A stretch of 64,000 nt of DNA from NCBI GenBank assembly GCA_963743375.1, contig CAVUQA010000015.1, positions 7,801-71,800 of the forward strand. Direction: 5' to 3'. Made by a program: the position numbers and the translations under genes. The notes beneath the pieces are model-generated. The model saw only the letters and a list, made by a program, of their open reading frames with translations. It searched no databases and was not told where the DNA came from. Below, one piece after another: positions 59,383-64,000 of this stretch; position 1 is the first letter of the stretch; every line of letters begins with the position of its first letter. Origin of the DNA: an uncultured Acidobacteriota bacterium (GTDB lineage Bacteria > Acidobacteriota > Terriglobia > Terriglobales > Acidobacteriaceae).

Positions 59383-60450
59383 ATGAAGCTTATCGCCGCG
59401 TTGTTCACATCAATTCTGGCGCTCGGTCTCGTCGGCCGAGATGGGAGTATGCCCTCGACAGCGCCGCAGTGGCACACGCTGGCGACGGAAGCCTACCCCA
59501 AGAAGCGCGACGATATCATATTCGTCGACGCTCTAACCGGTTTTTACGGCACAGGTAAGGGCAATCTCTATCGCACCCAAGACGGAGGACAAAGGTGGCA
59601 GCTAGTTTGGTCGAAGCCGGGCACGTTTATTCGGTCTTTAGGGTTCATCAACGCCAGGCACGGCTTCCTCGGCAATCTTGGCGCAGGTCTTGCGAGCATT
59701 ACCGATACGACGCCGCTCTATGAGACGAAGGACGGCGGAGTGACCTGGGAGCCAGCCAAGATCGGCGCAGCCGCCATACCGGGCGTTTGCTCGATAGACG
59801 TGCTCAAGTCCCGTTCGATTCATGAGGGAGATGTCTCTGATCGTTACTATGTCCATGCTGCCGGCCGGGCGAACGGTCCCGCCAACCTCCTCCGATCCGA
59901 AGACGGCGGCGAAACCTGGGCCCGGATCGACCTGTCCGAGCGGGCGGGCATGATCCTGGACGTAAAGTTCTTCGACCCGAACACCGGTTTTGTGTTCGCA
60001 GCAACGAGCGGCGACCTCGCCCAATCGAACGGTCTGATCCTGAAAACGAACGACGGTGGTCGAACCTGGCGCCAGGTCTATCGCTCGAGCCGACTGAACG
60101 AAATTATCTGGAAGGCCTCATTTGTAGACAGTGATGTGGGTTATGCGACAGTGCAGAACAACGACCCGGCAAATGTGCAGCAGCGCGTTGTCAAGACGGT
60201 CGACGGCGGTGAACATTGGTCCGAACTCCCGCTTGTAGCAAACAAAAACGCCGAGGAATTAGGCATTGGTTTCGTCTCTGCCGACAAAGGCTGGGTCGGC
60301 ACAGCCGTCGGCGGTTTCGAGACAAGGGATGGTGGCAGAAGCTGGGAGCCGTCAAGCCTCGCGCCAAAGGCCAACAAGATCCGTACAGAGACGGCGGACG
60401 GTACGCGAATGATTTACGCAATCGGCAGCGAAGTGCAGATCTACCGATAG
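59383..60450 (+). CDS. BNR/Asp-box beta-propeller protein (Ycf48-like)
   Basis: Signal peptide MKLIAALFTSILALGLVG and six Asp-boxes (RTQDGGQRW, ETKDGGVTW, RSEDGGETW, KTNDGGRTW, KTVDGGEHW, ETRDGGRSW). Confidence 0.85.
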   Translation: MKLIAALFTSILALGLVGRDGSMPSTAPQWHTLATEAYPKKRDDIIFVDALTGFYGTGKGNLYRTQDGGQRWQLVWSKPGTFIRSLGFINARHGFLGNLGAGLASITDTTPLYETKDGGVTWEPAKIGAAAIPGVCSIDVLKSRSIHEGDVSDRYYVHAAGRANGPANLLRSEDGGETWARIDLSERAGMILDVKFFDPNTGFVFAATSGDLAQSNGLILKTNDGGRTWRQVYRSSRLNEIIWKASFVDSDVGYATVQNNDPANVQQRVVKTVDGGEHWSELPLVANKNAEELGIGFVSADKGWVGTAVGGFETRDGGRSWEPSSLAPKANKIRTETADGTRMIYAIGSEVQIYR

Positions 60451-60593
60451 CGAGCAGCAATGTTAAAACAAAACTTAGGCGCGGTTGCATTCATCAATAC
60501 ACATTGCCGAATGCGCTGCGTTCACTTTCGTGCCGACCAAACAAGCGTCTGACGCGTGGCAATACAACACACGCTAGAAAGTACGACGAAAAA

Positions 60594-61430
60594 GTGATCG
60601 GAGAATCAAATCGAGTGGACCTGGCAGGCACAACGGCGATTGTCACGGGAGCCTCCCGCGGGTTAGGCCGCGCATATGCTAGTGTGCTTGCCGCCGCGGG
60701 CGCGGCCGTAGTTTGCGTCGCTCGTACCCGCTCCGAACTCGAAGAAACTGTAAGTGAAGTTACCCAAGCAGGCGGAGTGGCCCTTGCCTGTGCAGCCGAT
60801 GTCTCTTCCGGCACCGGCGTTCGCGAGGTACTGGGTCGCACCGAACAAGCCTATGGACCGCCAGACCTCCTGGTGAACAATGCCGGGATACTGGGGCCAT
60901 TGGGCCCTCTACACGAAACTGATGTGGAGGAGTGGTGGCGATGCCTGGCAACTAATCTTGGCGGTCCGATGCGAATGATGAATGCAGTGCTCCCTCGCAT
61001 GCTGGAGCGCAACCATGGCCGCATAATCAACATTGCGAGTGGATCCGGCACATCTGCCACTCCATATCTTTCCGGGTACGTAACCGGCAAAGCGGCGCTG
61101 ATCCGGCTGACCGAAACTGTTGGCAAGGAGATAGCTGGCACTGGCGTGCGAGTGTTCGCGGTTGAGCCAGGAACGGTTAGAACCAGAATGACGGAAGAAG
61201 TCATTAATTCGCCGTCGGGAAAACACTGGCTTGGTTGGTTTCGCGACTATATCAATTTGCACGAATGCCCTATCGAGTTGGCGACCAACTTCATTCTGTT
61301 GCTGGCTAACGGGGCTGCAGATGAATTGTCCGGCAAATTTCTCTCAGTAAACAGCGTAGAACAGGCTCTTGGGAATCGAGACGCTATTCGACGCAGCGAC
61401 GCGCTCACGTTGCGACTCAGCTCTCTTTAG
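60594..61430 (+). CDS. SDR family oxidoreductase
   Basis: TAIVTGASRGLGRAYA (TGxxxGxG), VNNAGIL, and Y-x-x-x-K in YVTGKAAL. The GTG start at 60594 is supported because the decayed paralog at 32232 begins with the same GTG-IGES head. Confidence 0.88.
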   Translation: MIGESNRVDLAGTTAIVTGASRGLGRAYASVLAAAGAAVVCVARTRSELEETVSEVTQAGGVALACAADVSSGTGVREVLGRTEQAYGPPDLLVNNAGILGPLGPLHETDVEEWWRCLATNLGGPMRMMNAVLPRMLERNHGRIINIASGSGTSATPYLSGYVTGKAALIRLTETVGKEIAGTGVRVFAVEPGTVRTRMTEEVINSPSGKHWLGWFRDYINLHECPIELATNFILLLANGAADELSGKFLSVNSVEQALGNRDAIRRSDALTLRLSSL

Positions 61431-61464
61431 TTGTACGTGAAGCAGATTTCGTTTAGGCACCGAC

Positions 61465-62316
61465 GTGTGCCGTTTTTCTCAGGTCTTATATTGTTTTCGA
61501 GAAAGTGCTCGATCTGTGAAATATATCAACACAAGCCGGGGGCCTCTCGCCTATGCTGATCGCGGTCGAGGGCGATCTGTTGTGTTGATCCATGGCTCGG
61601 TGAGCGACCTGCGCATTTGGCAACCCATCTTTCCGACAATGGCGAGACATTATCGAGTAATCGCGTACAGTCGGCGGCATCACTGGCCAAATCCCGGACC
61701 ATTTGATGAGTATTCGTTTGTGCGTGATGTGGATGACCTCGCGGAAATTCTCCATGTGCTTGCAATTTCGTCGGCACACTTCGTAGCACATTCAGCGGGC
61801 GGTTTTGTCGCGGTGGAGTTTGCGAAAAGGTACCCGGACAAAACGATTTCCCTAACTTTATTCGACCCCAATGCCGTGGGAATTCTGGACGACACTGAAT
61901 CGGCGGTTGTTGCCTCCGAGTTGGGGACGTGGCTAGGACCCGTGCGCAAATGTCTTGAGGTGGGTGATGACAGAAGGGCTCTGCGATATCTATTGCAGCC
62001 CCTGGCGGGAGGAATGAGACTTCCAGAATGGTTTATATCGATGGCGAATGACAATCTGAATGCTTTGAAACGACAGTTCCTCAGTAAATCACCACGCCCG
62101 TCGATCACTTGCGAGGAGCTAAAGTCTTATCCAAGACCAATATTGGTACTCCAGGGTGAGAATAGCCCACATGCATTCAAAGTAGTGAATCAAGGGTTCC
62201 GACGATGCGGTCGCAATGCGCGACTTGAAACTGTTAAGCGCTGCGGACACATTTTCCAAGTGGATGCTCCGGGAAAGGCGCTTGAACGAATTACACAGTT
62301 CCTGAGATGCCAGTAG
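61465..62316 (+). CDS. alpha/beta hydrolase
   Basis: VVLIHGSVSDLRIW, nucleophile elbow FVAHSAGGFVA, and C-terminal RCGHIFQVDAP. The real start is probably the GTG at 61516 (VKYINTSRGPLAY). Confidence 0.85.
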   Translation: MCRFSQVLYCFRESARSVKYINTSRGPLAYADRGRGRSVVLIHGSVSDLRIWQPIFPTMARHYRVIAYSRRHHWPNPGPFDEYSFVRDVDDLAEILHVLAISSAHFVAHSAGGFVAVEFAKRYPDKTISLTLFDPNAVGILDDTESAVVASELGTWLGPVRKCLEVGDDRRALRYLLQPLAGGMRLPEWFISMANDNLNALKRQFLSKSPRPSITCEELKSYPRPILVLQGENSPHAFKVVNQGFRRCGRNARLETVKRCGHIFQVDAPGKALERITQFLRCQ

Positions 62317-62349
62317 CCGGGTGTCGGGAACGACAATCGTCGCGGATCG

Positions 62350-63873
62350 ATGAACCATTATGCGGCAATTCAAATGAGAAAAGTATCGTCCGCCCTTCTC
62401 CCGATTATCGTGGTTGACCGGAACGCGCCGATGCCTCTGCATCGGCAGGTGTACGAGGGCTATCGCGCGGCCATTGTGCGTGGCACGTTGCGGGCGGGGC
62501 AACGGGTTCCTTCCACCAGAATTCTGGCCTCCGAATTAGGTATTTCCCGTATTCCGGTTCTAAACGGGTACGCTCAACTCCTGGCAGAAGGATACTTTCA
62601 GAGTCGAGTTGGGGCGGGAACCGCGATCTCTTCGTCCCTTCCGGACCAAAGTGTGCTGCCCAGATCATCCGCAATCTGCTCCCTGACACCGCACAAGGGC
62701 CGACGACCTCTTGCAAAGCGCCTTTCCGTTCTTGATCCCCGGAACAATGTGCCTTGGCAACGTGGCTGGGGACCCTTCGGCGTCGGCCAGATAGCTTTTG
62801 ATCAGTTTCCGTTTCAAATCTGGAACAGCTTAGTAACGCGACATTGCCGAAACGCCTCTGCGAAATCGCTTGATTACGGAGATCCGTTGGGCTCTGAAGA
62901 CCTGCGGGAGGCGATCGCAACCTATTTAAGAACAGCGCGCGGCGTACGCTGCGAAGCCGAGCAAATCATGATCGTTAGCGGCTCTCAACAGGCCTTAGAG
63001 ATTTCCGCGCGAGTGCTTCTCGATTCGTCTACTCGAGTATGGATGGAAGAGCCGGGATATCGATTTGCGCGGAGTGTCTTTGCTCTGAATGGCTGCCGCA
63101 TAGTTCCAGTTCCGGTCGATGAAGAGGGGCTGAACGTAGCAGCGGGCATCAAACGATGCCGCAATGCGCGGGCAGCACTCGTTACGCCTTCGCATCAGTA
63201 TCCGCTTGGCGTTACCATGAGCGCCGCCCGCCGCTTGCAATTGCTGGACTGGGCAGAAAGCTCAAGATCCTGGATTCTCGAAGACGACTACGATAGTGAG
63301 TACCGGTATGAGAGCATGCCAATTGCTTCCTTGCAGGGACTTGATCGAAATTCTCGTGTCGTGTACATCGGAACTTTCAGCAAGGTTCTGTTCCCCTCTC
63401 TGCGGCTGGGCTATCTGGTCCTTCCGCCAGACATCGTGGAACATTTCTTGGCGGTTCGACTTGCCATGGACATCGGTCCGCCAGGTTTTTATCAACTAGT
63501 CCTGGCGGATTTCATTCGCGAAGGTCATTTTTCACGCCATATCAGACGGATGCGGTTAATCTATGGAGAACGCCGGAGCACGCTCACCGAGAGCATTCGG
63601 AAGGAACTGAACGTTGAAATGGACGTAACAGGTGGAGAAGCGGGCATGCACCTATGTGTGTGCTTGAACGGTATCTGCGACCGAGATCTCGCTGCGCGCG
63701 CAGCCCGCCGTCAGCTTTGGCTAGTACCACTATCATCTTCATATGCTGATAAAGCATCTCGCCAGGGATTTATTTTGGGCTTTGGAAGCACGGCGGTCGA
63801 ACATATACCGAGCGCTGTGCGCAAACTTCGGGCTGTTTTGGGTTCAGCAACAATATCGCCTCCGATCAGCTAA
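62350..63873 (+). CDS. MocR/PdxR-type regulator (GntR wHTH fused to class-I aminotransferase-like domain)
   Basis: 507 aa. The N-terminal wHTH LPSTRILASELGISRIPVLNGYAQLLAEGY is fused to an aminotransferase-like domain with PLP-lysine context YIGTFSKVLFPSLRLGYLVLP. Confidence 0.9.
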   Translation: MNHYAAIQMRKVSSALLPIIVVDRNAPMPLHRQVYEGYRAAIVRGTLRAGQRVPSTRILASELGISRIPVLNGYAQLLAEGYFQSRVGAGTAISSSLPDQSVLPRSSAICSLTPHKGRRPLAKRLSVLDPRNNVPWQRGWGPFGVGQIAFDQFPFQIWNSLVTRHCRNASAKSLDYGDPLGSEDLREAIATYLRTARGVRCEAEQIMIVSGSQQALEISARVLLDSSTRVWMEEPGYRFARSVFALNGCRIVPVPVDEEGLNVAAGIKRCRNARAALVTPSHQYPLGVTMSAARRLQLLDWAESSRSWILEDDYDSEYRYESMPIASLQGLDRNSRVVYIGTFSKVLFPSLRLGYLVLPPDIVEHFLAVRLAMDIGPPGFYQLVLADFIREGHFSRHIRRMRLIYGERRSTLTESIRKELNVEMDVTGGEAGMHLCVCLNGICDRDLAARAARRQLWLVPLSSSYADKASRQGFILGFGSTAVEHIPSAVRKLRAVLGSATISPPIS

Positions 63874-64000
63874 TCGGTTCGGCGTTTCGGTCCATCCCGC
63901 GATTTTCTGTGGAAGTAGGGATACGGTTTTATGCGCTTGGTGCGCGCCGATCATTCCGGCGGAAGCAAAAAAGCCAGGGTGAGGAAGTCCCCACAGGCCA

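Noticed and set aside
60216-60593. 126-codon upstream extension of the SDR ORF
   Set aside because: It overlaps the 3' end of the BNR gene in another frame. The decayed paralog at 32232 shows the family starts at the GTG-IGES codons.

Overview
Moderately GC-rich bacterial chromosomal DNA. The gene content suggests an Acidobacteriota (Terriglobia-like) soil bacterium: a TonB-dependent receptor with a carboxypeptidase-regulatory-like N-terminus, many BNR/Asp-box proteins and many secreted hydrolases. This taxonomic call is an inference; no database search was possible. I support about 45 intact genes. They include secreted or periplasmic scavenging enzymes: S46, M61, M28 and M19 peptidases, PhoD, a beta-propeller/phosphoesterase fusion and two BNR proteins. 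There are also an APC permease, six GNAT acetyltransferases, several alpha/beta hydrolases, two divergent CPBP proteases and various regulators (TetR, ECF41-type sigma, AraC, ArsR, LytTR, CGNR, MocR). I found no rRNA, tRNA, CRISPR array, complete mobile element or recognisable defence system. The most striking property is a very high density of gene remnants, at least 15 truncated, frameshifted or nonsense-interrupted genes. These include a TonB-dependent receptor spread over all three frames, and they are interleaved with uninterrupted ORFs of 589-1061 aa. Mobile-element traces are present: two DUF932-like stubs that bracket an ECF-sigma/oxidoreductase pair, and one transposase N-terminal stub. 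The best candidates for novelty are a GNAT-PpnP fusion protein, a small exported CxC-rich peptide next to a duplicated 4-TM membrane protein, receiver-less LytTR modules (one intact with a small partner, one decayed between the CPBP proteases), and a NIPSNAP / PEP-mutase-like / one-Cys racemase cassette. All family names come from motif recognition by eye and need confirmation by search.
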